A stretch of DNA of 63,427 nucleotides, filler included, from Octopus bimaculoides (taxonomy: Eukaryota), in the NCBI RefSeq assembly GCF_001194135.2. It is 3 parts of 3 records of this genome, joined end to end, with 100 filler letters (N's around TTAATTAATTAA, not from the genome) between each part and the next. Parts side by side here need not be neighbours in the genome. Positions count along the whole stretch, not along the records: positions 1 to 31,617 come from NC_069008.1; 2 more parts are not named here. One strand, given 5' to 3'. Positions within the stretch are counted from its first letter, which is position 1. The number at the start of each line of letters is the position of its first letter. A program made the position numbers and the translations under genes. Positions 12,182 to 24,273 of this stretch are shown here, piece after piece. The notes under the pieces are model-generated. The model had not been told where the DNA came from and did not search any database. It saw nothing but the letters and a program-made list of their open reading frames with translations.

Positions 12182-12310
12182 AATCTTACAGCTGTTTCGG
12201 CCTAGATTTGGCATGCCCCATTCTATCCGAATAGTTCTTGCCGGAGTGATTATCGGATGACATGTTGAAATGGGGTTACATGCACAAACCACTAGGCCTC
12301 TTCAGAGATT
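12182..12310 (-). ncRNA. PLE-type hammerhead ribozyme with long stem II (sense in CYRI intron 5)
   Basis: Minus strand: AAUCU-CUGAAGA-GGCCUAG...CUAGGCC-GAAA-CAGCUG-UA-AGAUU. All core bases are canonical and stem III is the palindrome ACAGCUGU. Confidence 0.85.
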
Positions 12311-12844
12311 CACAAAGGGTTTCATATAAACATAGAGCATTCCTGGGATGATTACACTACAATTTGTAATATCCATGGATATTACAGTGGGTCTTTGTTC
12401 ATGTGCTCATTTCTTCTGGTGATATAAATTCCATCCATGGATTATTATTATTACTATATTTTATCCTCTGTTATATTGGCACAGCTCAGTAAGATCCCAT
12501 AAAACTGCTGTTGTAAGTTGTAATCACTAGAGAATAGCTGACATAACATAGGAGCTTTTATGTGAGAACAGCTTTTATGTGAGTACCCAAAAAGATTTCC
12601 CGTAAACAAACTTAAAGGATATATATATGTATGTGTGTGTGTGTCTTTGTGTGCCCCACACAACTGATGTTGGTGTGTGTAACTTAGCGGTACAGCAAAA
12701 GAGACCAATGGCACAAGTACCAGGATTTACAAAAAATTATAAGTACTGGGGTTGGTTAGTTTAACTAAAATTCTTCAAGGCGGTGCTCCAGCATGGCAGA
12801 AGACTAATGACTGAAACAAGTAAAAGATTAAAAATATATATTCT

Positions 12845-13040
12845 ATTTCTTTAGCGGGTGTGGGGTGGGGGAGTTGATTACATTGACCCCAGTACTCAAC
12901 TGGTACTTATTTTATCAACCCCAAAAGGATGAAAGGCAAAGTGGACCTTGACAGAATTTGAACTCAGAATGTAAAGATGGACGACATGCCCATGAGCATT
13001 TTGCTCAGTGAGCTAACAATTCTGCCAGCTTGTTACCTTA
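12845..13040 (-). mobile_element. SINE family B (tRNA-derived)
   Basis: CCCCAGTACTCAACTGGTACTTATTTTATC..CCC..AAAGGATGAAAGGCAAAGT...GAATTTGAACTCAG...AATTCTGCCAGCT. Confidence 0.85.
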
Positions 13041-13338
13041 AACATGAAAAATATTAGTACAACACCAGCAACGAGACAATGAAGTGGCCTTTACATAGTT
13101 TATCGCACTAGAAATTGGAGACAGATTTTTTTTTCCACTCATACCTTACCATCTTCCTCTGATGTTCTTAATAAGACGAGATGGTCACAGATAGAATGTC
13201 TTTGATTATACACCTGTATATCAGAGCTGCTAGGAGACAAGAGAATAAATAACAACAACAACAACAAGTCTTGTAGCCTTTTGCAAAAGCATTTAGCCCT
13301 AACCCTAACCACAATTGCAACCCCTGCAAAAATCTCAC

Positions 13339-13413
13339 CTCATTCGTCATCCTCTGACGACTAACTGTTCTTCTGTAATAGCTGAAGTCATTCTGAATAG
13401 CTGGAGTGGTCAT
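13339..13413 (-). CDS. CYRI: CYRI/FAM49 coding exon 5 (MTTPAIQNDFSYYRRTVSRQRMTNE)
   Basis: 75 nt; CAG acceptor and GTGAGA donor; contains the PAIQNDFSYYRRT motif with the Rac1-binding Arg-Arg pair. Confidence 0.96.
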
Positions 13414-13589
13414 CTGTAAATATATAGAAATGTATTTATAAGCATCAGTCATTGTATGGCTGAAGTGTCCATACACAGGCACACAAACATTAATTGATTT
13501 GACATTTATTTCAATTTTAGTTCTTGATAAAGTAGTTTATTCATCTTATTCAAAGTAATGAATATTGTGTTAATTATATATTAAGTATC

Positions 13590-14020
13590 TAATGATCAAG
13601 GAAACCCAAGAAGACATGGGATGAAGTACTGAAGGCCAATCACATAATGCTGAACCTGACAAAGGAGGTGACAGAGGACCAAGATATGTAGCACATTGCT
13701 ATGCTTGAGAAGACCTGACCACCACAACAGAATCGAGATCCTAAAACCAAGGTGCCACATAAAAGGCATTGGTGTGGGTGCTAGTGACACATGAAAAGCA
13801 CTGGTACTGGTACCATGTAAAAAGCACTGGTGATGGTGCCACTTAAGCACCCAGTACATTCTGTAAGGTGGTTGGCGTTAGGAAGAGCATCCAGCCATAG
13901 AAACCAAACCGAAACAGACTATGGGACCTGGAACATCTCCTGGACTTACCACTTCCTGTCAAGCCATCCAACTCATGTAAGCATGGAAAATGGGGGTTAA
14001 ATAATGATGATGATGATGAG
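13590..14020 (+). mobile_element. Decayed RTE 3'UTR copy
   Basis: GGTTGGCGTTAGGAAGAGCATCCAGC ... CATGGAAAATGGGGGTTAAAT-(GAT)n, homologous to 9230-9373. Confidence 0.7.
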
Positions 14021-14394
14021 GGGTTACAGTATATGGGAAGGAGCCAGGGTAGATGATGTTTCTTGCTGTAGAAGAGCTACATGCTTTCTCAAATTTTAGA
14101 AGAGAGAATGGAAACAACCAATAAGGTTGGAGCTGCGAAGAGAGAAACACAGTGGTGAGGAGATGTCTGGTTGGACCTGGAAAGTACAAGGTGAGCCGAA
14201 GTGAGATGGAACTGAAGATAAAGGGGTGTGGGTGGAAAGAGGTTGCAAGAGTGTATGGGAGGGTAAGAGATGGGGGAGGGGTGAAAGGCATGTGAATATA
14301 ATGACTGGAGAACAGGTGTCAAGGGGTGGATGTAGTGAGCGGTGGATAAAGAGGTAGAGTCCAATGAAATATGTGAGTGAAAGGCAAATGAGTA

Positions 14395-14615
14395 CTAGCA
14401 TTGGTTTCAAATTTTGGCACAAGGCCAGCAATTTTGGAGAAGGGATAAGTTGATTACATCGACCCCAGTACTCAACTGGTACTTATTTTATCAACCCTGA
14501 AAGGATGAAAGGCAAAGTAGGCCTCAGTGGAATTTTAACTCACAATGTAAAGATGGACGTAATGCTGCGAAGCATCTTGCCTGGTGTGCAAACAATTCTG
14601 CCAGGTCACCACCTT
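14395..14615 (-). mobile_element. SINE family B
   Basis: Same conserved central domain and B box. Confidence 0.85.
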
Positions 14616-15099
14616 AACAGAATACTAATATCGATAGTGGTGAAAGAAAAGGATAAGGGATGAGAGAGAGAGAGAGACAATGTGTAGTTTGTATAGGTAG
14701 CCATAGTGTGGGGATGGGGGAGAAACAGGCATAATATCTAGGGAGAGTGAGATGTACAGTGGTAGAGAAGGAGAGATAATTTATGGGGTCAGAGAAAAAG
14801 AATGATCAATGTAAAATGTGGATGGAGAGAACAACATAAAAATGAATGGCGGATATAAAGCGGAATGGTTCTGGGCAGCTGAAAAAAACTAGTCATATGA
14901 AGGAGAAGCTGCAATTACAAAGATGATGGATGTACTCATACATAGATACATGTATGAGCCACCAAATTAATCTCTCCTCCTCTACCACCATCCAATTCAC
15001 TGAACCTTTCAGAGGAGATGACAAAGGACCAAGACATCTGGTGGAGGTGTCTTGAGAGTGAAATCGGGCAAAGGGACCAGTTGAGTGTGTGTATGTATT

Positions 15100-15430
15100 G
15101 TCATCATCATCTTTTAACATCAGCTTTTCATGCTGGCATGGTTGGATGGTTTGACCAGAGCTGGCAAGCAGAAGAGCTGCACCAGGCTCCAGTCTGATTT
15201 GGCCCTGCTTCTATGGCTGGATGTCCTTCCTAAAGCCAACCACTTTTTACAGAGTTTGTTGAGTGCTTTTAATGTGACACTGGCACGAGCACTGATTCTT
15301 GCAGGCCAATCCTTTTCATCAGCAGGGAACAACCTTAACACTTCTGCTGTGGAGGACAGGTCTTTTTGAGTATAGCAAGGCATCAGATACCTCAGTCCTT
15401 TGTCACCTCCTCTGAAAGGTTCAGTGAATG
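15100..15430 (-). mobile_element. RTE 3'UTR copy
   Basis: (CAT)n-TTTAACATCAGCTTTTCATGCTGGCATGGTTGG, the reverse complement of the RTE tail. Confidence 0.7.
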
Positions 15431-16058
15431 GGGAGAGAGAGAGAGAGAGAGAGAGACGTATGGTGGTAGAGAAGGAGAGATAATTTGGAGGCTCATGCAT
15501 GTATACATGTATGTGTATACATACACAGCTTCTAGAACTTAGTTTTACCAATTTCAGAGGGTCTTTTCAAGAACTACATATTGCCAGTTCTCCCCATCCC
15601 TTGTCATCACCTCTATGGCATTCAAGATCCTGAGATCATCCTCCATCACCTCACCCAATGTCACCCTAAGTAAGCAGCATTTCTTTATACAGCTAGCCTC
15701 ATCCATATGAATACATATATACATACACAGTGGAAATCACATACACTCAACAGACAGACAATGTTGCCAAACTGTTAATGCTATCAAATGTTCAGGTCCT
15801 GAAGAACACATTTCTAAATATTGTTGCATCCTCTGCAATTATCAATTACCACCCCAAAGTCTTCACGATAAACTGCTTCGACTCGATGTCTAACACTGTA
15901 TAAATACAAGTCAGCCAGGGAACATGAAAGAGCTACTTCTCCACATTGAGAGATCACATGGTGGGTGGACAGATTAATGGGTGGGTAGGTAGTCAGGTAG
16001 ACTTTAGAAATATAGTGAAACAGAATAGAAATTTTAAATAAAATGCTATGTTACAAAC

Positions 16059-16195
16059 CTTGTAATCATCAAACTTCAGCACAAAATCCAGGATCTCTGC
16101 AAACTGTTTGAAGAGGGCCTGTTGGGTTTCTAAATGTTGTCGTGAGGTCATGTTCGAAGAACATAATTCTCGAAGTAAGGTTGGAATGACATTCT
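16059..16195 (-). CDS. CYRI: CYRI/FAM49 coding exon 4 (ENVIPTLLRELCSSNMTSRQHLETQQALFKQFAEILDFVLKFDDYK)
   Basis: 137 nt; TTCAG acceptor and GT donor; matches QHLE.EQAL.KQFAEIL.F.L.FD..K. Confidence 0.96.
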
Positions 16196-16252
16196 CTGAA
16201 ATGGTGGAACAACAAAACGGTAACAAGAGGAAGTGGGTGATGATACAAGTAT

Positions 16253-16420
<168 letters not shown>

Positions 16421-16849
16421 GGTGTGTGAAAGTAGAAGTATGTTTGTATGTGTGTATCTGTGAAAATGAGAGAGAAATATAAAAAGACTCATGCTAAAAC
16501 TGACCAGATCCAACCTCTCACACTTACTCTGCAATGTCATTTTAATAATATGCAATCACATCATCAAAATATTGAAGCTACAAGATTAATTAAAAACAAT
16601 GTGAATAAATAAGAATGATTTGACAAAGAAATCTGAATACTAAATGACCAAGCTTGCTTTCCAACCTATCGCAGGAAGAGGGTGACTTCTACTCAAGCTT
16701 CAGCACTTATAGAGGATTTGTAGATGGAAACTGAAAGAAGCCCATCGTACATATATCCTTTCAATCTTCAGTGAAAACAAGTCAAGTCACAGGGAAATAC
16801 TACCTAGCTTGGAAATAGGTGAGGGTTGGCAACAGGAAGAGCATCAAAC

Positions 16850-17200
16850 CAAAAGAAAAAAAAAAAAAAATCTGTCTCAACAAAATCGAACCTGGAAAAG
16901 TGGACATTAGAACAATGATGATGATGATGATGCTGCTTCCTGTCACCAGCTGCCAGCTGCATGCCTTTCCTAATGCCAACCACTTTACAGTGCACTGGGT
17001 GCTTTTTATGCAACACAAGCACTAGTGAGGTCCACCATGCAACTTGCAAGACTACAGACTCCAAGAGGCGAAGCCTTCTCCTGATCACTTAAAGTGAAGG
17101 GAAGTTGCGGAAGAGGGAGACCCAAGAAGACATGGGATGAAGTTGTGAAGGCTGATCTCATAATGGTGAACCTGACAAAGGAATAGCATGCAGCAGGCTC
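16850..17200 (-). mobile_element. Composite of decayed RTE 3'UTR pieces
   Basis: CCTTTCCTAATGCCAACCACTTTACAG and GACCCAAGAAGACATGGGATGAAG segments shared with other copies. Confidence 0.5.
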
Positions 17201-17239
17201 CCTCAGACAAAATAAGCCTGAACAGATAGAGAGAGAGAG

Positions 17240-17292
<53 letters not shown>

Positions 17293-17394
17293 AGCCTGGT
17301 GCAGCCTTCTGGCTTGCCAGTCCTCAGTCAAATCGTCCATCCCATGCTAGCATGGAAAGCAGACGTTAAATGATTATATATATATATATATATT

Positions 17395-17785
17395 TACTTA
17401 ACTTTTGTTTCAGCCATTAGACTGTGGTCATGCTGGGGCACTGCCTTCAAGAATTTTTAATTGAATGAATTGACCTCAGTTCTTATAATTTATTAAGCTT
17501 GGTACTTATTTTATCAGCCTCTTTTGCTAAACCACTAAATTACAGGGATATAAACACACCAAAACCGGTTGTCAAACAGTACTGGGGGACAAACACAAAC
17601 ATACACACACACACACACACAATGGGATTCTTTCAGTTTCCCTCTACGAAATCCACTCACAAGGCTTTGGTTAGCCCAAGGGCTATAGGATAAGACACTT
17701 TCCCAAGGAGCCACAAGAAGTGGGACAGAACCCGGAACCATGTGGTTGGGAAGCAAGCTCCTCACCACACACCCATGCCTACACC
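17395..17785 (-). mobile_element. SINE family A
   Basis: Reverse copy ~50 nt downstream of the exon 3 donor. Confidence 0.85.
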
Positions 17786-17836
17786 TATCTATATATATGC
17801 ATGAAAAATATACACACACAAAATATAAAAACTCAC

Positions 17837-17942
17837 CTAAACTGATTGAGAACTCATAAAACTCCTTTAACTTGAGTACCATAGGGTAGACTGCTGCCCA
17901 AGCATTTTCTTGGTGTTCTTGGTTCTGTGGGAATGAAATAGC
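17837..17942 (-). CDS. CYRI: CYRI/FAM49 coding exon 3 (AISFPQNQEHQENAWAAVYPMVLKLKEFYEFSISL)
   Basis: 106 nt; TTGCAG acceptor and GTGAGT donor; matches FAM49 AI..P.....QE.AW.AV.P.V.KLK.FYEFS. Confidence 0.95.
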
Positions 17943-19314
17943 CTGCAATAAGACATACATACATATAAATAAATAAATAAATATAAGAAAATGAGATGAC
18001 AAAAGAAGAAACGATTATCTAATGAACTTCATGAGCTTACAGTTGTTTCTGCTATAAGATGCAGTGGATTCATAGTCGAGTGCCTGAGTAATACCTTATA
18101 GCTTCATATGCATATACATATGCCAATGCACATACATGTGTTATTTCATACACATATGCCAACACCAATCTACTTTATATGTACACACTATGTACATCAC
18201 AGCACTTACTGAGCACCAAACCCCATTAACCCTTTAGTGTTCAGGTTACTCGATTACATGTAATGCTTTTCCACTCAAATTGTTTTGAATTAATCATGTT
18301 ATCTTATAAGCTTTGAGGTTTCAATGTTTATTTTTAGAATGCCAATACAGGTCAGATGTGAGAGGCTAGATATGGTCAGTTTGGATGTAGAATATTTGGA
18401 CCGGATATGACTAGTTTAAACACTAGATGATTAAACTCCCACCACCATTGAAAAGCAGACACATTAATAATGATGATTAAGATACACACACAAAGACACG
18501 TGTATATTTCTCATTCAGTACCAATGGTATTTCTAACGGTTACAAAATTGACAATGCTTTACACCGTTTTATGAATGACAGAGTGTTCTAATCTTAACAA
18601 CTCAATACCAAATTTGTTGCATGAACAGGTTTTTCTCTCTCTCTGGGATGTTATATTGCTTCTATATACACTTGCTCTGCAAGACTTTTGCCATTAAGGT
18701 TAAGCTTTCCTTAATCATGAAACCGAATCCAGCTTCTGAGTTGTTTCAGTGAGTCCACAGTACTTGTTCATCATGATGAAACTAACAATTTGTTGTGTAG
18801 CTGTAACTAACTTTGGATTCTTTCTTGTGAAATAACTCCAATATCAAATATATTCCAGCAATGACTATTTCATTTTTTTCCTAGGCTTAATGCAGCTAAG
18901 ACCATATCATCCAAAATGTTCTTTCTTGTAAAACACTAGAGCAATGTTTCCCAACCTTTTTTCCTTCAGGCCCCACTATAGCTTTCCAGAAAAATGTAGG
19001 CTTCACTGTTAGTTGGAAAAAAAAAAAACCCCTTTATATTTAATATTTTATCACAACTATTTAATACAAAACTGGCCATATCCAGCCCAAATAGTGTACC
19101 TGTATCACGTTCAGACCAGACAGGTCTGGTCTCTGACACCTAACCTACAATGTTATTCTAAAGCACACACAATTACATGATAAAACTCTTGAAGTTTAAA
19201 ATAATGCCAATAAATGAACATTACATTTGACAAAGTAATTAGAAAGCTAAAACATTAAAAGTTAACTATTGACTGACTAAAATCCTTCAAGGGGGGGGGG
19301 GGCCCAGCATGGCC

Positions 19315-20025
19315 AGTATACAGGTTGAATTTTTCAGACTGAAATTTTACAGCCAAAACAGTTAGGCCAACTTTAGCACAGCATGTTTACATTATATTCT
19401 ACATCAACTTGTATGCCAGAAAAAACAGTGTTTCACCTATAATGTTTTGGATGCCTGTCTTGATTAGTTTCTCAAATAGAAAACTGTTTTTTTTTCAGCA
19501 AACAACTTGAATTTTTCAGAACAAAATTTACAGCTGCATGACATGTTACATGTGCAATGAGTTTTTATTCTTCACTTCCGTTTTACAAATCCAGTGTAGA
19601 CATACACATTGTGTATTCATACTTCTCTTTCCAGTTCCCACGCAAAACTATTTACAAGTCACAAACCATCTCATGGTGCTGCAGTCACGAGAAGTGTTTT
19701 GTGCTATGATGGTTGTGAAGTTGTGGGTCAACTTATACACCAAGACAACTTTGGAGGACCAAAAATTCCATGTGAAATGCCACAGGATTTGGTAAGACAG
19801 TGACAAAGGTTGAATGCTTATACTACATGTTTACACTATCTACTGTGTCAACTTGTATGCCAGAAAATACAGTATTTCACTTATAATGTTTTGTATGTCT
19901 TTTTTGATTTGTTTCTCAAGTAGAATAGCCTATTTTCTAATTTTCTAGCATGCAATTCAAATTTTTTAGAACAAAATTTACAGCCAAAACAATGGTAAGT
20001 TGACTTATACACCAAGACAACTTTG
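19315..20025. mobile_element. Duplicated pogo-like transposon end fragments
   Basis: Two diverged copies of TCAACTTGTATGCCAGAAAA.ACAGT.TTTCAC (about 19405 and 19848) and of ACTTATACACCAAGACAACT. Confidence 0.5.
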
Positions 20026-20029
20026 CAGT

Positions 20030-20568
20030 GGAATTTGAACTCAGCATGTAAAAACAGATGAAATGCTAAGCACTTTGCCCAGCGTGCTAACGATTCTGCC
20101 AGCTCACCACCTTAATAATAATGATAATAATAAAAATGGTTTCAAATTTTGCCACAAGAGCAGCAGTTTTGGAGGAGGGGGAAGACAGTCAATTACATCG
20201 ACCCCAGTACATGACTGGTACTTAATTTATTGATCCTGAGAGGATGAAACGCAAATCTGACCCTTGCAGAATTTGAAGGCAGAATGAAGCAATGGGCAAA
20301 ATACCACCAAGCATTTTACCTGGCATGCTAACGATTCTGTCAGCTCACCACCTTTATAGTAATAATAATAATCCTTTCTAATATTGGCACAAGGCCCGAG
20401 ACTTTGAGGGAGAGGTTAAGTCAATTACATTGACCCCAGTACTCAACTGGTACTTAATTTATCAACCCCCAACAGGATGAAAGGGTAAGTTGACCTCAGA
20501 ATGTAGCAATGAGAGAAATATCGGTAAGCATTTTGCCTGGCATGCTAACGATTCCGGCAGCTTGCTGC
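20030..20568 (-). mobile_element. Three head-to-tail SINE family B copies
   Basis: Heads (GATTCTG.CAGCT) near 20100, 20340 and 20555, separated by (TAA)n tails. Confidence 0.85.
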
Positions 20569-20706
20569 CTCTATAATACTTTCTTTGTTGGCCATTGGGG
20601 CAGTTTAACCAGTTCCACAGTGCAGTAGAGTGACATATTGGTAAGGATCTAGAGAGAGCATAACATAAAGTGATGGGGGGACAAGAAAAGAAAAACTGCT
20701 ACTCAC

Positions 20707-20828
20707 TAAACGGATCTCCTCAGCTGCACCGTGGTAGCTTGCCATATCAGCCAAGATGGAGTTGGAACAGAGTAGAACCTCGTTTACCTGGGTCCACACA
20801 TCAATTTCCTTCTCAGTTGGCTGAGCAT
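20707..20828 (-). CDS. CYRI: CYRI/FAM49 coding exon 2 (NAQPTEKEIDVWTQVNEVLLCSNSILADMASYHGAAEEIRL)
   Basis: 122 nt; CAG acceptor and GTGAGT donor; phase 1 joins exon 1; matches FAM49 NAQPT..E..VN.VL....IL.....Y.GA..EIR. Confidence 0.95.
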
Positions 20829-21255
20829 CTGTTGTAAAACGGAGGAATAAAAAAGATAAGGTGGGTCAAAAGACAATCAATAAAAATGAGTTTGAAAGAG
20901 AGAGAGAGAGAGAGAAGGGTAAGTGGGTGAGTGAGTGAAGTGAATGAGAGAAGAGAGAGAGATGTGGGTAAAAGGGGCAGATAGATATAGTGTCTGTCCA
21001 AGAGATAGAAAGACAAGTGACACAGAAACAGAGGGAGAGTGACTGTTTGTGTGTGTGTGCAAGAGGCATGGTAGAGAAAAGAGACAGGGTATGTGTGATA
21101 GAAAGATAAGGTAGATAACAAACACACAGTGTATGAGAGAGAAAGAGTGTGGGGAGGAGGGAGAGAAAAGAGAGAAGGGAAAGACAGACAAATAGAGTGT
21201 CTAAGAAGTGGGGTGGGGGATTAATTATTGTGTATTATGTATAGCTATTTGATTA

Positions 21256-21480
21256 CAGTAATCTCTTGACTATCGCAGGTGTTACGTTCCAACCCCTCCC
21301 CCTGCAATAAGTGAAAATCTGTAAAGTAAAAAACAGCACTGTATATTTTTTTAAATTATTTTTAAAATTTATATATATTTATATTATCATAAATGCAAAA
21401 CAACACCATGGAGGAATCCATGGTGTTGGATTAAATAATAAACTGCAATAAGTGAACCGCGATATGGTGAGGGATTACTG
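21256..21480. mobile_element. pogo/Tigger-like MITE
   Basis: TA-CAGTAATCTCTTGACTATCGC ... GCGATATGGTGAGGGATTACTG terminal inverted repeats. Confidence 0.7.
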
Positions 21481-21699
21481 TGTAGATCTGTGTATGTATG
21501 GATGTAGCAATGCAAGCATGTGGTTGTACATGTAGGAAGTGACGTAGCTGTGTAGTTAAGGGAACCGGCACTCTGTCGGTTATGATGGCAAATGTTCCAT
21601 TTGATCCAGTCAACAGAACAGCCTGCTTGTGAAATTAATGTGCAAGTGGTCGAGCACTCCACAGACACATGTACTCTTAATGTAGTTTTCGGGGAGATT

Positions 21700-22480
21700 C
21701 AATGTGACACAGAGTGGAGATATGCTGTGCTTGAGAAGACCTGGCAAGCTAAGTGAGACCGTAACCATGGCCTATGCCAGTGCAGCATAACCGGCCCATT
21801 TAAGAGTGCCCTTCAATCATTGGGCAATAAACTGTGCACACGAAGACCTGCTTTTACACATCACTGTTGCATTTATACACATCACTGTTTAGTGCTCCCA
21901 CTGTATACATATGTAATCGTGTGTGTGTTGTTAATGTCATTTCAATGTTGCAATCCAAATTAATTGGTTTCAGCTCAACACAGGATTTGAAAGTTTTGAG
22001 AAGAGAGTATGGCCATAAGGACACTGACTGTTCCTCAGGCATCTCTGATAGAGACTAAGACCTTTGGTGATATGCCATACTTGAGAAGACCCGTCAAACT
22101 AGGTGAAACTAGTCTTCACTGATGCTGGTGTCACGCAACAGGCACCTGTAAGAAGTACCCTTCAAACACGGGGCCTTATGGAGACAATGATAAGTGACTG
22201 AGACCTTTGGTGGTATGCCGTGCTTGAGAAGACCTGTCAAGCCAAGTGAAATCTTAGTTGTGGCCGATGTTGGTGTTATGTAACAGGTACCTGTGCTAGT
22301 GGCACATAAAAAGCACCCATCACATTCATGGAGTGGTTGGTGTAAGGAGGGGCATCCAGCCATAGAATCCGAGCCAAAACAGAGGACTGGAGCCTGGTGC
22401 AGCTCTCCAGCTGGTCAATGCATGTCAAACTGTCCAACCCATGTCAGCATGGAAAACAGACATCAAAAGATGATAATGAT
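21700..22480 (+). mobile_element. RTE 3'UTR copy with internal tandem subrepeats
   Basis: Repeated (G)CTTGAGAAGACC(T/C)G(T/G)CAA modules, then GGCATCCAGCC ... CATGGAAAACAGACATC-(GAT)n. Confidence 0.7.
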
Positions 22481-22879
22481 GACAGTGAGGGAGACCATTA
22501 CATAGTAGCTAGACATGGTAAGGACAACAGCATCCAGATATATCCATTATGGGAAGATCAAATCACGTGATTGGTGGTCCTGATGCTGGAGATGGTGGGG
22601 ATGTATCTCCCCACTAGCAATATAAACAAGCATGCTGGAACTTGGTGCAGTTCCACAGCTTACCAGTTTCAGTCAAACCATCCAACCCATGCCAGCAGGG
22701 AAAGCAGACACTAAATGATGATGAGTTTGGAACCATCTGTTTGCATGTGTAATGTTCCTCTCTCTCTCTCTCACTCTCTGCTTATGTGCTGGAGCATCTA
22801 GTTATATGTGCGTATGTATGTATAATGTCTCTCACTCTCTCACTCTGTTTATGTGTGAGAGTGTCTACTCAGGTTTTGC

Positions 22880-23302
22880 ATCATCATCGTTTAACGTCCG
22901 CTTTCCATGCTAGCATGGGTTGGACGATTTGACTGAGGACTGGTGAAACCGGATGGCAACACCAGGCTCCAGTCTAATTTGGCAGAGTTCCTACAGCTGG
23001 ATGCCCTTCCTAACGCCAACCACTCAGAGTGTAGTGGGTGCTTTTACGTGTCACCCGCACGAAAACAGCCACGCTCGAAATGGTGTCTTTTATGTGCCAC
23101 CCGCACAAGAGCCAGTCCAAGGGCACTGGCAACGATCTCGCTCGAAAATCCTACGGGAGTCAGTCAGGCGGTACTGGCAACGGCCACGCTCAAAATGGTG
23201 CATCTCATGTGCCACCTGCACAAGAGCCAGTCCAGGGGCACTGGCAACGATCTTACTTGGCTTGCCGGGTCTTCTCACGCACAGCACATTTCCAAAGGTC
23301 TC
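22880..23302 (-). mobile_element. Young RTE 3'UTR copy
   Basis: Near-identical to the reverse complement of 9150-9373 and retains CpGs; internal tandem GTGCCACC(C/T)GCACAAGAGCCAGTCC. Confidence 0.85.
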
Positions 23303-23344
23303 GCGCTCTCTCTCTCTCTCTCTTTGTGTACATGAGCATCTAGA

Positions 23345-23665
23345 CAGGGGTAAAGCCTCCCTTTGGTCATGAATGACCATGGAATTGCACCTAGAAAGCT
23401 CCCCTCTGAGGTACAAGTCCAGGCAAGGTTGTTTATGGAAGACCAGCAGTTGCCCATGCATACCAGCTTCCCCTTTCCATGCCACAGGCAAAGGCTGATA
23501 CAGGTTGGCACCAATGACATCACAGCTCATTTCTACAGCTGAGTGAACTGGAGCAACGTAAAATAAAGTGTCTTGCTCAAGAACACAACACACAGTCTGG
23601 CCTGGGAATCGAACTCACTATCTCATGATTGTGAGCCCAACACTAACTGCTGAGCCATGTGCCTT
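23345..23665 (-). mobile_element. SINE with a family C head and a different 3' half
   Basis: Shares the head and GTGTCTTGCTCAAG..CACAAC segment with family C, then diverges. Confidence 0.75.
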
Positions 23666-23849
23666 CACATCGATGTTTGTAAATAAGTATAATGTCACTC
23701 CTTCCCTCTGTCTATATGTGAGTATTTCTACAGACCTTGCTGGTGCTATGTAAAAAGCACTGTCCATTCTGTAAGGTGGTTGGTGTTAGGAAGAGCATCC
23801 AACCATAAAAGCCACACCAAAAATGACAGTCAAACAATCCAACTCTTTC

Positions 23850-24105
23850 TGCTGAACTGCTATGTTACAGGGATGTGTAAACACCAACACTGGTTGTCAA
23901 GCTGTGGTGGGGAACAAACACTGACACAAAGACATGCGCACACGCACACACGATGAGCTTCTTTCAGTTTCTGCCTACCAAATCCACTCACAAGAGTTGC
24001 ATTGACTCAAAGTTATAGTAAAAGACACTTGTCAAAGTTGACACACAGTGGTACTGAACCTGGAACCATATGGTTGGGAAGAAAACTTACTACATAGCCA
24101 TGCCT
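23850..24105 (-). mobile_element. SINE family A (partial)
   Basis: CTTCTTTCAGTTTCTGCCTACCAAATCCACTCACAAG ... GAACCTGGAACCATATGGTTGG. Confidence 0.75.
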
Positions 24106-24273
24106 GTGTGTGTGTGTGTGTGTGCATCATCGTTTATATATATATATATATATATATATCTAATATCTAGTTGTATACATATGTGTACTTATATGAGTAT
24201 GTATTTGTAAGAGATCAGTCATGTGGGTATGTATATGTATGTACGTGTGTCTATGTAGCTTTGTGAATATGTA

